From an uncultured Aquiluna sp. (GTDB lineage: Bacteria; Actinomycetota; Actinomycetes; Actinomycetales; Microbacteriaceae): a stretch of DNA of 64,000 bases. The notes under the pieces are model-generated. The model did no database searches. It had not been told where the DNA came from and saw nothing but the letters and a program-made list of their open reading frames with translations. The stretch is taken from assembly GCA_913775595.1 (NCBI GenBank), contig CAJYLB010000001.1, positions 1,129,135-1,193,134 on the forward strand, read 5' to 3'. The translations under genes and the position numbers were made by a program. Positions 31,168-41,428 of the stretch are shown here, one piece after another (positions within the stretch are counted from its first letter, which is position 1; each line of letters opens with the position of its first letter).

Positions 31168-33126
31168 ATGCCAATGAAGCCTGGGCTGGAAAAAGCCGCA
31201 TTCAAAGAATCAGTAAGACCGCAAGACGACCTCTTTCGCCATGTCAATGGCAAATGGTTGGACGAAACCGAAATCCCCGAGGATAAGGCCATCCACGGCA
31301 GCTTCTACATGCTCGCCGATGACTCAGAGCTTGCCGTCAAAGAAATCCTTGAAGAGGCCAGCCAAAATCCAAGCCCCGGGGTGAGCCAGCAAATCGGAGA
31401 CCTCTACGCGTGCTTCATGAACGAGCAGCACATCGAAGAGCTTGGTGCCGAGCCGCTCCAGCCCGAGCTCAAAAGAGTCGATGCCGTTTCCACTGTTACT
31501 GAACTCTTCACCCTGATTGGGGAGCTGGAGAGTGAAGGTGTCGGGGGATTCTGGGGTTCATATGTCGACAATGACCCGGGCAATCCAGAGCGCTACTTGC
31601 TTCACCTTTATCAGGGCGGCCTGGGGCTCCCCGATCGCGATTACTACTTTGACGAGAAGTATGAGGAAATTCGCAACGACTACCTGCCACACCTAGAAAA
31701 GATGCTTGCCCTCGCGGGGATTTCAGACGCTGAATCCAGAGCGGCAAGAATCTTTGAGCTAGAGACCGAGATTGCCAAAATCCACTGGAACCGAGTTGAA
31801 TCTCGAGATGCTGAGAAGACCTACAACCTTCATTCACTCGAAGACCTGAAACAGCTTGCATCAGGTATTCCATGGAATGAATACATTACAGCCCTTGGCA
31901 AAGGCGATGCATTACTCGAATGGAATGTAGTCATGATGCCCTCATTCTTTGAGGGCTTTGCAGAACTTGTGAATGAGCACAACTTAGAGGCAATGAAGGA
32001 TGCGCTTCGTATGGACCTAATCCGCGGTTACGCTCCCTACCTCTCAAACGACCTCGTTTCAGAACGATTTGAGTTTTATGGCAAGAAGCTAACCGGTGCT
32101 CCCATGAACAGGCCTCGCTGGAAGCGAGCCGTATCGCTAGTTGAAGGAAGCCTCGGGGAAGCCATCGGTCAGATTTATGTCGAGAAGCACTTTCCTCCAG
32201 AGGCTAAGCAGCAGATGGACGCTCTTGTCGACTATTTGATTCAGGCATACGAGCAGAGCATCAAGTCTTTGGATTGGATGACCGATGAGACGAAAGAGAA
32301 GGCGCTCACGAAGCTTTCCAAGTTCACTCCAAAGATTGGCTATCCGGTGAAGTGGAAGGACTACAGCTCTATCAAGATCTCTCGTGAGAACCTGATTGAA
32401 AACGTGAAGGCGGTCTCTCGGTGGGAGTTCGATTACCACACCGGCAAGATTGGGTCGCCTATCGATCGTGATGAGTGGCACATGACTCCACAGACCGTGA
32501 ACGCTTATTACAACCCGGGCCTCAATGAGATTGTCTTCCCCGCAGCTATCTTGCAGCCCCCTTTCTTCTCTCCAGATGCTGACGCAGCAGAAAACTTTGG
32601 CGGCATTGGTGCCGTCATTGGCCACGAGATTGGTCACGGCTTTGATGACCAGGGCTCTAAGTATGACGGCGATGGACGGCTTGTCTCTTGGTGGACAGAG
32701 GATGACCGCAACGCCTTCGAGGCTCGTACCAAGTCGCTCATCGATCAGTACTCAGCACTTACTCCGGCTCAGCTAGATGAGAAGTACAAGGTCAATGGCG
32801 GGCTAACAATTGGTGAGAACATCGGGGACCTTGGTGGCCTTGGCATCGCCTGGAAGGCATACCTGATTTCACTAGGCGGCAAGGAGCCGCCGGTAATCGA
32901 TGGCCTCACAGCCGCCCAGAGATTTCTGATGAGCTGGGCGCAGTGCTGGAGAAACAAGGGTCGCGATGAAATCACTATTCAGAGACTTGCTGTGGACCCT
33001 CACTCGCCACCGGAGTTCAGAGCTAATCAAGTAGTCAAGAACCTAGACATCTTCCACGAAGCTTTCGAGGTCTCTGAGGAAGATGAGATGTGGCTCGCCA
33101 AGGAAGACCGAGTGGTGATCTGGTGA
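31168..33126 (+). CDS. pepO: M13 family zinc endopeptidase
   Basis: VNAYY, HEIGHGFDDQG, GENIGDLGG, DPHSP. Confidence 0.92.
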   Translation: MPMKPGLEKAAFKESVRPQDDLFRHVNGKWLDETEIPEDKAIHGSFYMLADDSELAVKEILEEASQNPSPGVSQQIGDLYACFMNEQHIEELGAEPLQPELKRVDAVSTVTELFTLIGELESEGVGGFWGSYVDNDPGNPERYLLHLYQGGLGLPDRDYYFDEKYEEIRNDYLPHLEKMLALAGISDAESRAARIFELETEIAKIHWNRVESRDAEKTYNLHSLEDLKQLASGIPWNEYITALGKGDALLEWNVVMMPSFFEGFAELVNEHNLEAMKDALRMDLIRGYAPYLSNDLVSERFEFYGKKLTGAPMNRPRWKRAVSLVEGSLGEAIGQIYVEKHFPPEAKQQMDALVDYLIQAYEQSIKSLDWMTDETKEKALTKLSKFTPKIGYPVKWKDYSSIKISRENLIENVKAVSRWEFDYHTGKIGSPIDRDEWHMTPQTVNAYYNPGLNEIVFPAAILQPPFFSPDADAAENFGGIGAVIGHEIGHGFDDQGSKYDGDGRLVSWWTEDDRNAFEARTKSLIDQYSALTPAQLDEKYKVNGGLTIGENIGDLGGLGIAWKAYLISLGGKEPPVIDGLTAAQRFLMSWAQCWRNKGRDEITIQRLAVDPHSPPEFRANQVVKNLDIFHEAFEVSEEDEMWLAKEDRVVIW

Positions 33127-33674
33127 AGCTCTGGTTTCGGATCTTCCATGTTTGGCTCACCTGGAGACGCAGACCTCCGGTGAAGATCAATGAGGTTTCA
33201 AGGCTTGAGCTTCGCGTTTGGCCAACCGACCTTGATGTGTATAACCACATGAACAACGGAGTCTTTCTAACCCTTATGGACATAGGGCGCTATGACCAGG
33301 GACTGAGAAGTGGCATCTGGCAAAAGTGGAACAAGCTCGGTTGGTTTCCTATCGTCGTAAATTCGACGATTAGCTACCGCAAGGCGCTGCTGCCCTGGCA
33401 AAAGTTCACACTGGAGACCAAGGTTCTCGGGTGGGACGAGATTGCCTACTACATCGAGCAGCGTTTTGTTCGAGACGGCGAGATTTACGCCAGAGCCATC
33501 ATGCGTGGCAGATTCCTAAAGCGCTCGTGGGGAACGCTAACCCCGGAAGAGGTAATGGAAGGCTCTGGCGGTTGGCCTGGAGAGAAGCCGGAGCTTCCAA
33601 AGTGGATTGTGCAGTGGGCCAAAGAGGTTCAGCTTCCAAAGGGTAAGGAGCCCGCTCCCAGCACTTGGGACTAG
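33123..33674 (+). CDS. Acyl-CoA thioesterase (hotdog fold)
   Basis: PTDLDVYNHMNNG...DIGR; GTG start overlapping pepO stop (GTGA). Confidence 0.85.
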   Translation: MKLWFRIFHVWLTWRRRPPVKINEVSRLELRVWPTDLDVYNHMNNGVFLTLMDIGRYDQGLRSGIWQKWNKLGWFPIVVNSTISYRKALLPWQKFTLETKVLGWDEIAYYIEQRFVRDGEIYARAIMRGRFLKRSWGTLTPEEVMEGSGGWPGEKPELPKWIVQWAKEVQLPKGKEPAPSTWD

Positions 33675-34000
33675 TCCTTCTTGTACCACCTACATTGAGC
33701 AATAGCCTCTTCGATGGGGTTTAGTAGCAGGTCATGAGTATCTGGGTGTTTCTCCATGTATCGGACCGTGTAGGAGCAGACCGGCACAACCTTCTCCGTG
33801 CCCTTCTCCCTGATGTCAGCCAGTGACTCTCTTAGCAGTATTGCCGCGAGGTTCTTGCCCTGGTGAGCCGGGTCAACCTCGGTGTGGACGAGGTGAATTT
33901 CTCCAGGCATCAGGCTGTAGTCCATGAGACCCACGCGATCTTCCTCAAGAAAGATCTCGTAGCGCTTATTGGCTTGGTCGTGAACGACTTTTGTCTCCAT
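33671..34000 (-). CDS. GNAT N-acetyltransferase (YjdJ-like)
   Basis: HTEVDPAHQGKNLA, VPVCSY. Confidence 0.85.
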   Translation of the reverse strand: METKVVHDQANKRYEIFLEEDRVGLMDYSLMPGEIHLVHTEVDPAHQGKNLAAILLRESLADIREKGTEKVVPVCSYTVRYMEKHPDTHDLLLNPIEEAIAQCRWYKKD

Positions 34001-34018
34001 GCTGTTAACCTCTTCTCC

Positions 34019-34858
34019 GTGAGCGGCAATCAGGTCTACCTAGCAGACAACCTACCTCTCTTGCGCTCACTTCCAGACGAGTCGGTGCAGCTGATTTACA
34101 TCGACCCTCCGTTTAACACTGGCAGGGAGCAGGAGCGGACTACCCGTACCTCCAAAGCCTCTGACTCTGGTTCGGTTGGGTTCGCTGGCAAGCGCTACGA
34201 GCAGATTGTTCAAAGTGCACTCAGTTATGACGACAGTTTTGCTGATTACTGGGAGTTTTTAGAGCCGAGACTCATCGAAGCTAAAAGGCTGCTTACCAAA
34301 ACCGGAACGCTTTATCTGCATCTTGATTACCGGGAGGCTCACTATGCAAAGGTGCTGCTCGATGGGCTGTTTGGCAGAGACAACTTCTTGAACGAAATCA
34401 TCTGGGCATATGACTATGGGGGAAAGTCAAAATCGAAATGGCCAGCAAAGCACGACACGATTTTGGTCTATGTAAAAGACCCAAAGAACTATTACTTTGA
34501 CTCGGCAACTGTTGATAGGGAGCCCTACATGGCACCCGGTCTTGTCACCAAGGAGAAGGCCGAGCTCGGCAAGCTGCCAACCGATGTTTGGTGGCACACA
34601 ATCGTCTCTCCAACCGGCAAAGAAAAAACTGGCTACCCGACCCAGAAGCCCGAGGGCATCCTTAGAAGAATCATTCAGGCAAGCTCGAAGCCGGGCGATC
34701 GGGTGTTGGACTTCTTTGCCGGCAGTGGCACGACGGGAGTTGTTGCAGGCGAGCTTGGCAGGCTATTCACTCTTATTGATCAGTCGCCGGACTCTTTTGA
34801 AACGGTTACTACGAGGCTCCGCTCTCGGGGCTTGAGCTTCGAGACTCCTGAGAAATAA
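34019..34858 (+). CDS. Orphan N4-C/N6-A DNA methyltransferase (beta class)
   Basis: IYIDPPF precedes LDFFAGSGTT; YPTQKP; start set at GTG 34019 after TAACCT-N7. Confidence 0.88.
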   Translation: MSGNQVYLADNLPLLRSLPDESVQLIYIDPPFNTGREQERTTRTSKASDSGSVGFAGKRYEQIVQSALSYDDSFADYWEFLEPRLIEAKRLLTKTGTLYLHLDYREAHYAKVLLDGLFGRDNFLNEIIWAYDYGGKSKSKWPAKHDTILVYVKDPKNYYFDSATVDREPYMAPGLVTKEKAELGKLPTDVWWHTIVSPTGKEKTGYPTQKPEGILRRIIQASSKPGDRVLDFFAGSGTTGVVAGELGRLFTLIDQSPDSFETVTTRLRSRGLSFETPEK

Positions 34859-36218
34859 ACAGCACAACCAAAAGGGCCAGCATTACAAACAGCAGCGCTG
34901 CGGTCATTGCCATGCCTAGGTTCTCCTCGCCAGGTCTCGATGCCAATCGGAAGATCACCAGTGGCAGCGTTGCCTCCGAACCTGTTGCCAAGAAACTGGC
35001 CGCTCCAAATTCACCCAAAGACGCAAGCGACACAAAAGCCATTGCCGCAGCAAGTGGGCGAGCGAGAATCGGCCCCTCGATGCTTCCGAAGACCCGCAGC
35101 TTGGTCGCACCGTCCATTTGCGCGGCCTCGACTATCTCTCGGCTCATACCCAGCCTCGCAGGGCGAATGATTTGGTAGGCGAGGGGGAAGAGAAAGATCG
35201 ATTGCACGAGCGGAACCAACCACCAACCGGAAAGCTCTCTGGGTAGGTAGCCGCTTAGGATCAGAAAGCCAAGCCCCAGCACAACTGGAGAGACGCCGAT
35301 TGGTAGAACAAAGAACAGTGAAGATTTCCTTCTTCCTGATGCGATCCACGCAAGCGGCAGCACTATCAGTGCAGCGACCAAAAGGTTCCTAAGCGAGTTA
35401 CCAGCTGCCTCAACAACTGAGATGTTGAGAATCTCCCTCGCACCCCTTGTCTCAAGGCTAGCGAGGTTCCGAAATAATCCCCCATTTAGCGTCAGAGCTC
35501 GTGAGGCGATGTTGGTCACGAGCAAGGCCACCGCCCCGACTAGGACCACAGCCAGCAGCGCACCCATCCTGCTCGGCAGGCTCGATTGAACCTCTCCAAA
35601 AACTGGCGTGGGTCTCGCACCCAGTCTTTGAGCAAGAGCAAAGAGAGTGATTGTGAGCAAGGTTTGAAGTGCGGCGAGAACACCTGCCCTAGCGAGGTCT
35701 AGATCTCGCAGCGCCGAGATGGCGATCTCGGTTTCCAACGTGGAGACTGCTCCCTGCCCCAGCGAGATGACTAGACCGTAGCTTGTTGCACTGTATAGGG
35801 CGATTAGTAACCCCAATGCTGCCAGTGCAGCACTCTGCTGTGGCAGCGCCACCCGAGTGCGAATCAAGAAGTCGCTAGCTCCATCGAGGCGAGCCGCTTC
35901 GAGCTGTTCCAGCGGCAGCTGCGACGAGGCCACCACCCGAGCAACGAAGCCCGCATTCATGAGGGTGTGTGCCAGCAGAATAAGAAGTATTCCTCTGGAG
36001 GAATCTAAGTTTTCGCCGGCTAGTGGAAGCAGGGTGATGCCAATCAGAAACGGTGGCAACAAGAAGGGGAGTATCAATACCGTGCTGAGGACTGATCTGA
36101 ATTTCGGATTAAGCCCTGCTACGAAGTTCCCAATTGGGAAACCCAGAATCAGCGACGCTAGAGAACTGACAACCGCAATCCATGCGGTTGTAGCAAATAG
36201 CTCGAAGCTAGTTATCAA
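34809..36218 (-). CDS. thiP: Thiamine ABC transporter permease (duplicated TM domain)
   Basis: Two EAA loops (EAARLDGA, EAAQMDGA), LGEFGA; downstream of thiB. Confidence 0.8.
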   Translation of the reverse strand: MITSFELFATTAWIAVVSSLASLILGFPIGNFVAGLNPKFRSVLSTVLILPFLLPPFLIGITLLPLAGENLDSSRGILLILLAHTLMNAGFVARVVASSQLPLEQLEAARLDGASDFLIRTRVALPQQSAALAALGLLIALYSATSYGLVISLGQGAVSTLETEIAISALRDLDLARAGVLAALQTLLTITLFALAQRLGARPTPVFGEVQSSLPSRMGALLAVVLVGAVALLVTNIASRALTLNGGLFRNLASLETRGAREILNISVVEAAGNSLRNLLVAALIVLPLAWIASGRRKSSLFFVLPIGVSPVVLGLGFLILSGYLPRELSGWWLVPLVQSIFLFPLAYQIIRPARLGMSREIVEAAQMDGATKLRVFGSIEGPILARPLAAAMAFVSLASLGEFGAASFLATGSEATLPLVIFRLASRPGEENLGMAMTAALLFVMLALLVVLFISQESRSSSPESGAS

Positions 36219-37155
36219 ATACGTCGGACCAATCTTTCAGCCATTGCTCGCGATTGGCTGCAAAGTCCAGGTCTTCACCAAGAACACTTATCGCCGGCTT
36301 GGCGTGCTTGGCCCACTCTTCGGGAACAGCCACTGCGTCAGTAGCTGGGTAGACATACATCGCCTCCGGGACAGATTCCTGGAACTGGGGGGAGGCCAGG
36401 AACTCAACCAGTTGCTGAGCGCCGCTTGGGTTTGGCGTGTTCGCAAGGACCGCCGCGTATTCGGTCTGGCGGAAACACTCGGTTCTCAGAGCGGCGGTTT
36501 GGGCTACGCCATCCACTACCTCTGCTGCCGGCGAACTTGCGTAGCTGAGGACAATTGGCCTATCGCCACCGTAGCGAGTGAAGTCAACGAAGTAGGCATC
36601 CTCCCAGCTGCCGGCAATCTTGACTCGGTTGTCTCTTAGGTTGCGCCAATACTCGAACACCTCGGCATTGGTTTCGAAGCCGGCAAAGGTGGTTGCGAGG
36701 AAGGCAAGCCCGGGAGATGAGAGCCTGGGGTTTGTTACGACTGTGAGGCCCTCGAATTGGGGCTCGGTTAGCTCGCGCCAGCTCTGAGGTGGCGTTAAGC
36801 CGTTTTCCTCAAAGAAGGAAATGTCGTAGTTGAAGCAAACGTCTGAGTAGTCAATCGCGGTCCATTCGCCCTGGGCGATGCCGTTTTCGATGGCGAGAGG
36901 CTGGAAAGTATTGTCAACGCCGAAGACGGCGTCTGCGACTGGGGCGTTCTTGGTGAGCGAGAGTTGGTTAGTCAGTGAGCCGGTGTCACCAAGTCTGATG
37001 ATCTCGAGTTCGAAACCGCTTTGCTCCTCGAAGCTCTGGATCAGCTCGTCGGATATGGCAAACGAGTCGTGGGCTGCAAGCCGAACGGTGTCAGGTGTTT
37101 GTGAGCAGCCTGCCAGGGTGAGCAGGGCTGCTAGTAGTAGTGCGATTTTCTTCAT
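36208..37155 (-). CDS. thiB: Thiamine ABC transporter substrate-binding lipoprotein
   Basis: Lipobox LAGC, HDSF, GVDNT, SSPGLAFL, SYASSP; under TPP riboswitch; start MKK 37155. Confidence 0.92.
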   Translation of the reverse strand: MKKIALLLAALLTLAGCSQTPDTVRLAAHDSFAISDELIQSFEEQSGFELEIIRLGDTGSLTNQLSLTKNAPVADAVFGVDNTFQPLAIENGIAQGEWTAIDYSDVCFNYDISFFEENGLTPPQSWRELTEPQFEGLTVVTNPRLSSPGLAFLATTFAGFETNAEVFEYWRNLRDNRVKIAGSWEDAYFVDFTRYGGDRPIVLSYASSPAAEVVDGVAQTAALRTECFRQTEYAAVLANTPNPSGAQQLVEFLASPQFQESVPEAMYVYPATDAVAVPEEWAKHAKPAISVLGEDLDFAANREQWLKDWSDVFDN

Positions 37156-37190
37156 ATCGTGCCTTTCGTTTATAGGCACGGGATTGAGGT

Positions 37191-37277
37191 CTTCCTGCGC
37201 TGGCATTACCCAGATCAGGTTTGACGGTCGAAGACTTTCAGTCTTCCTCTCAGACCGGTGCTACCGGACTCCCGTGA
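37191..37277 (-). ncRNA. TPP riboswitch (THI box)
   Basis: Minus strand: CACGGGAG...CTGAGA...ACCGTCAAACCTGATCTGGGTAATGCCAGCGCAGGAAG; upstream of thiB. Confidence 0.95.
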
Positions 37278-37286
37278 TTTCTTCGA

Positions 37287-38981
37287 TTATAGAGATTCCG
37301 CTTGCCTCTTTAGCGCTGCCTCTTCGGCAGCCTCCTCAGATGCACTTTTGTTCCGAAGCGGAATCTCTTTGATAAACCAGCTGATTACAAATCCAATTCC
37401 AATGATTACCCCAGCTGTTAAAAAGACATTCAGGGAAGACTCCACAAAGCCAATTCGGAATGGAAGCGTTAGCCGCTCATCGGCCCCAATCAGAAAGCTC
37501 GAGTCATTGGTGACATCGGCTGCTGAGCCGCCGCTTTGAAGGACGCCAAGAATCTCGGAGTTCACTGGGTTTGCTGCAACTTGTGGGTCGCTAAGCGCAT
37601 CCGAGATTCCGCTTGCAACTTCAGGACGCCTGAAGGCATCGACAATCTTTTCCGTCACCGAGGAGAAGAGCATGGACATGAAAATGGCGACACCCAGGGT
37701 TCCACCCATTTGCCTGAAGAAGGTGGTTGTCGAAGTTGCCACTCCAATGTTTCTTGCCTCGACGGCATTTTGAGACGCGACCATTGTGGTCTGCATCAGC
37801 TGCCCAAGTCCAAGGCCTACCATGATCATTCCGATCGCCACCACCCACAACGGGGTATCGGCCTTGAGCATCAAGACCATGTAGAGGTAGCCAAAGAAAA
37901 GGGTGGCGGTACCGGTATTGAAGAAGAAGCGATACTTTCCTGTCTTAGCGGTTACCCTCCCTGCGGTGATGGTTGCGGTCATCATGCCGAGCACCATCGG
38001 GAGCATCATGAGGCCGGTGAGGGTAGGGCTTACGCCGTAGACCACCTGAATGATCAGCGGGATGATGATCATGCCGCCGAACATTCCCATGCCGATGATG
38101 AACCCTAAAACCTGGGTGCGGGCAAAGGTCTTGTTCCTAAATATGTGCAGCGGGATTAGGGCCGCCTCACCCATCTTCTTCTCGATGAGGATGAAGGAAA
38201 CTATGCCGGTAACACCAGCCACATACATTGCGATTGCTAGTGGCGATGACCAGCCCCACTCTCTACCCTGCTCAGCGACCAAAAGCAGCGGCACGGTGGC
38301 AACGATGATTGCTGCAGCGCCCCACCAGTCAATCTTTTGTTTTCTCGGGGTATGGGGAACGTGGAGGAAGGTAATCACCATAAACATCGAGGCGGCACCA
38401 ATTGGCAGGTTCATCAGGAAGATCCAGCGCCAGCCCTCTACGAACATCAGCTCATCGATGCCGGCGAGGGTGCCGCCGATAACCGGCCCCAATAGCGAAG
38501 ACGACCCAAAGACTGCTAAGAACAACCCCTGATATCTGGCGCGCTCCCTTGGCGGAACAATGTCGGCGACGATCGTAAGCGCTAGCGAGAAGAGCCCTCC
38601 AGCTCCGATACCTTGCAGCGCCCTGTAGCTCGCCAGCTCGATCATGGAATTTGCAAAACCCGTGGTGAAGGAGCCAAGGATGAAAATGGCAATCGCCGCC
38701 ATGAATACCGGCCTGCGACCAAAGATGTCACCGAGTTTTCCGTAGATGGGGGTAGTCACAGTGGAGGTGATTAGGTAGGCGGTGGTTGCCCAGGCCTGAA
38801 GTGAAAGGCCGCCAAGGTCATCTGCAATGGTTCTCATGGCCGCAGATACGACCGACTGGTCCAGGGCAGCAAGGAACATGCCGGACATTAGGCCAATGAG
38901 GACGAGCCAGATCTGGCGGTGAGTCATCTGTCCAGATTGTGCTGCTTGTTTCGCGGCTTCCCGCCGAGATTTGGCAGTCAA
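37287..38981 (-). CDS. DHA2 (EmrB/QacA) 14-TM MFS efflux transporter
   Basis: LAALDQS, YGKLGDIFGRR, WRWIFLMNLP. Confidence 0.9.
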   Translation of the reverse strand: MTAKSRREAAKQAAQSGQMTHRQIWLVLIGLMSGMFLAALDQSVVSAAMRTIADDLGGLSLQAWATTAYLITSTVTTPIYGKLGDIFGRRPVFMAAIAIFILGSFTTGFANSMIELASYRALQGIGAGGLFSLALTIVADIVPPRERARYQGLFLAVFGSSSLLGPVIGGTLAGIDELMFVEGWRWIFLMNLPIGAASMFMVITFLHVPHTPRKQKIDWWGAAAIIVATVPLLLVAEQGREWGWSSPLAIAMYVAGVTGIVSFILIEKKMGEAALIPLHIFRNKTFARTQVLGFIIGMGMFGGMIIIPLIIQVVYGVSPTLTGLMMLPMVLGMMTATITAGRVTAKTGKYRFFFNTGTATLFFGYLYMVLMLKADTPLWVVAIGMIMVGLGLGQLMQTTMVASQNAVEARNIGVATSTTTFFRQMGGTLGVAIFMSMLFSSVTEKIVDAFRRPEVASGISDALSDPQVAANPVNSEILGVLQSGGSAADVTNDSSFLIGADERLTLPFRIGFVESSLNVFLTAGVIIGIGFVISWFIKEIPLRNKSASEEAAEEAALKRQAESL

Positions 38982-39008
38982 GAGAACTCCAAGAAATAGG
39001 GTTTAGGT

Positions 39009-39839
39009 GTGCCCAATCCTACTCCCGTGCGCCGCAGGGCCAGCTTTGTATTCCTGCCGCCGCTGATTGCCGCGACAGCGGGAATTACCCTCTTGGTTCA
39101 GGGGGCAGTCGGGCAGCCAAACTTCGAGATTCTCAAAGAGCGTGCAGAGCAGCGTGAGCTCTCTGGTTGGGAGATTCCCACCCTGGAGCTGACCGACTAC
39201 TCCTATCCGCGTCTCGCCACTGGGTTTGCAGGCAGCGAGTGGGTAGTGGTGAACAAGCTCCGTCCGCTTTCGCCATTGGACTTCGAGCCTGTCGTGAGGG
39301 AAATCGAATCCTCAAGCTCCCTAGATAACTCACGAGGCTTGGAGCTTCGTGTGGTTGCGGCCACGGCACTCGAAGAGATGGCTGCTGAGATGAGCTTCCA
39401 AGGGGCAGGACAAATCTTTGTCAACTCTGCATACCGCTCTTATGACTATCAAGCGGGGCTCTTTGAAGACAAAGTGGCTCAGTATGGCGAGGCAGAGGCA
39501 CTTGTCAGGAGTGCCAAGGCCGGGCACTCCGAGCATCAGACCGGACTAGCCGTTGATGTTTCTGTTCCCGCTCAGGGCTGCGCAATCATGCAGTGCTTCG
39601 GTGACACGGTTGCCGGAAAGTGGATTGCTGATAACTCCTGGAAGTTTGGCTACATCGTCAGGTACGAGCGAGACACCACTTCCGTTACCGGGTACACCTA
39701 CGAACCCTGGCACCTCAGATACGTTGGCAAACAGATAGCAAAGATGTATGCCAATAATGGAATACAAACCCTTGAAGAGTTCTGGGGGTTTGAAGCGGCG
39801 GAGTCTTATCCCGAAATTGCTGAGTCCACAATCGACTGA
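39009..39839 (+). CDS. M15B (VanY-like) D-Ala-D-Ala carboxypeptidase
   Basis: SAYRSY, GHSEHQTGLAVD, YEPWHLRY; N-terminal anchor. Confidence 0.9.
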   Translation: MPNPTPVRRRASFVFLPPLIAATAGITLLVQGAVGQPNFEILKERAEQRELSGWEIPTLELTDYSYPRLATGFAGSEWVVVNKLRPLSPLDFEPVVREIESSSSLDNSRGLELRVVAATALEEMAAEMSFQGAGQIFVNSAYRSYDYQAGLFEDKVAQYGEAEALVRSAKAGHSEHQTGLAVDVSVPAQGCAIMQCFGDTVAGKWIADNSWKFGYIVRYERDTTSVTGYTYEPWHLRYVGKQIAKMYANNGIQTLEEFWGFEAAESYPEIAESTID

Positions 39840-41428
39840 GCCTGCTCCAGCACCTGCTCCAGGTGCTCAGATCCCGTGAAGGACTCAGCATAGATTTTGT
39901 AGACGCTCTCGGTCCCCGAGGGCCTGGCTGCGAACCAAGACTTTTCGGTCGAAACTTTCACTCCCCCAAGAGCCCCACCTGAGCTCGCACTCGTCTCGAT
40001 GTTGGTGATCGCATCACCCGCAATTTCCGTTGCCGCCACGTCTTTCTCAGAGAGCTTGGAAAGCTTTGCCTTTTTCTCCAGGTCAGCAGGGGCGTCCACT
40101 CGCTTGTAGTGGGGTTCTCCATGACGCTTCGTGAGCTCGGCGTAGCGCTCAGAGGGACTGAGTCCAGTAACTGCTTCTATTTCGGCGGCCAATAGACACA
40201 TGATTAGACCGTCTTTGTCTGTGGACCAGGGCTGACCGTCTTTTCTCAGGAACGATGCTCCGGCGCTTTCCTCACCACCAAATGCAACTTCGCCCGAGAC
40301 AAGTCCAGGAACAAACCACTTGAAGCCAACGGGAACCTCAACAAGCTTTCGGCCCAAGTCGGCGGCAACCAGGTTGATCATTGAGGAGGAAACCATGGTC
40401 TTGCCAATTCCCGAGTGCTCGTCCCAACCGTCGCGTCGGTGAAATAGGTATTCAATCGCGACGCTTAGGAAGTGGTTTGGGTTCATGAGTCCCGAGTCAG
40501 CAGTAACGATGCCGTGACGATCCGCGTCGGCATCGTTGCCGGTCGAGATGTCGTACTCATGCCTCGCGGCAATAAGAGTTGACATTGCATACTCAGACGA
40601 GCAGTCCATCCGGATCTTGCCATCCCAGTCGAGGCTCATGAAGCCGAACTGGAGATCGACCTTGTCATTTACGACCTCAAGATCGATTCCGTAGTGGCTT
40701 GCAATTTCGCCCCAGTACTCAACCGAAGCTCCCCCCATTGGGTCTGCGCCAATCCTTACGCCCGACTCTTTGATTGGATCAAGATTTAGCACCTGATCTA
40801 GCTGGCCGATGTAATTGGCCCGGTAGTCAAAGCTCCTCGCATTTGGACTTGATCGTTTGACCCCCTTCAGCTGTTCGCCAATCAGCTCGTTTGCTCGAGT
40901 CGCTATCCAGGAGGTGGCATCGGAGTCGCTCGGCCCGCCGTGGGGAGGGTTGTATTTGATGCCTCCGTCTTGAGGGGGGTTGTGGCTGGGGGTGATGATG
41001 ATGCCATCGGCCTGCGCGCTGCTGCCTCTAGGTAGCTGCATGTTGTGGTCGATGATTGCCACCGAAACCGCGGGCGTCGGGGTGTAGTCCCCGCTTGCTA
41101 CATAACACTCGACATTGTTGCCCGCCAAAACCTCGAGCACCGATTGCTCCGCAGGAGCACTTAGGGCATGGGTGTCCTTGCCAACATAGATTGGCCCCTG
41201 AATGTCTTGGGCTTTGCGGTAATCGACGATTGCTTGGGTGATTGCCAGGATGTGCCACTCGTTGAACGAGGTGCTTAGGGCACTACCTCGGTGGCCGCTG
41301 GTGCCGAAGGCAACCTTTTGTTCTGCGATTTCAAGGTCAGGTATTAGCTCAAAATAGTTGCTCTCAAGCTTCTGGAGATCGATTAGGTCGTCGGCGCTCG
41401 CTGGCTGCCCTGCTCTTGCATGAATCAT
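39806..41428 (-). CDS. pgm: Phosphoglucomutase
   Basis: FGTSGHRG, TPSHNP, DADADR, GEESAG, ARPSGTE. Confidence 0.95.
   Translation of the reverse strand: MIHARAGQPASADDLIDLQKLESNYFELIPDLEIAEQKVAFGTSGHRGSALSTSFNEWHILAITQAIVDYRKAQDIQGPIYVGKDTHALSAPAEQSVLEVLAGNNVECYVASGDYTPTPAVSVAIIDHNMQLPRGSSAQADGIIITPSHNPPQDGGIKYNPPHGGPSDSDATSWIATRANELIGEQLKGVKRSSPNARSFDYRANYIGQLDQVLNLDPIKESGVRIGADPMGGASVEYWGEIASHYGIDLEVVNDKVDLQFGFMSLDWDGKIRMDCSSEYAMSTLIAARHEYDISTGNDADADRHGIVTADSGLMNPNHFLSVAIEYLFHRRDGWDEHSGIGKTMVSSSMINLVAADLGRKLVEVPVGFKWFVPGLVSGEVAFGGEESAGASFLRKDGQPWSTDKDGLIMCLLAAEIEAVTGLSPSERYAELTKRHGEPHYKRVDAPADLEKKAKLSKLSEKDVAATEIAGDAITNIETSASSGGALGGVKVSTEKSWFAARPSGTESVYKIYAESFTGSEHLEQVLEQAQSIVDSAISG

Noticed and set aside
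33863..34018. N-terminal extension of the DNA methyltransferase in the ORF track (similarly 44913, 47006, 62277, 37206, 33090, 16489, 12581 starts)
   Set aside because: Extensions overlap neighbouring genes or regulatory RNA; downstream starts have SD, coupling or leaderless signals.
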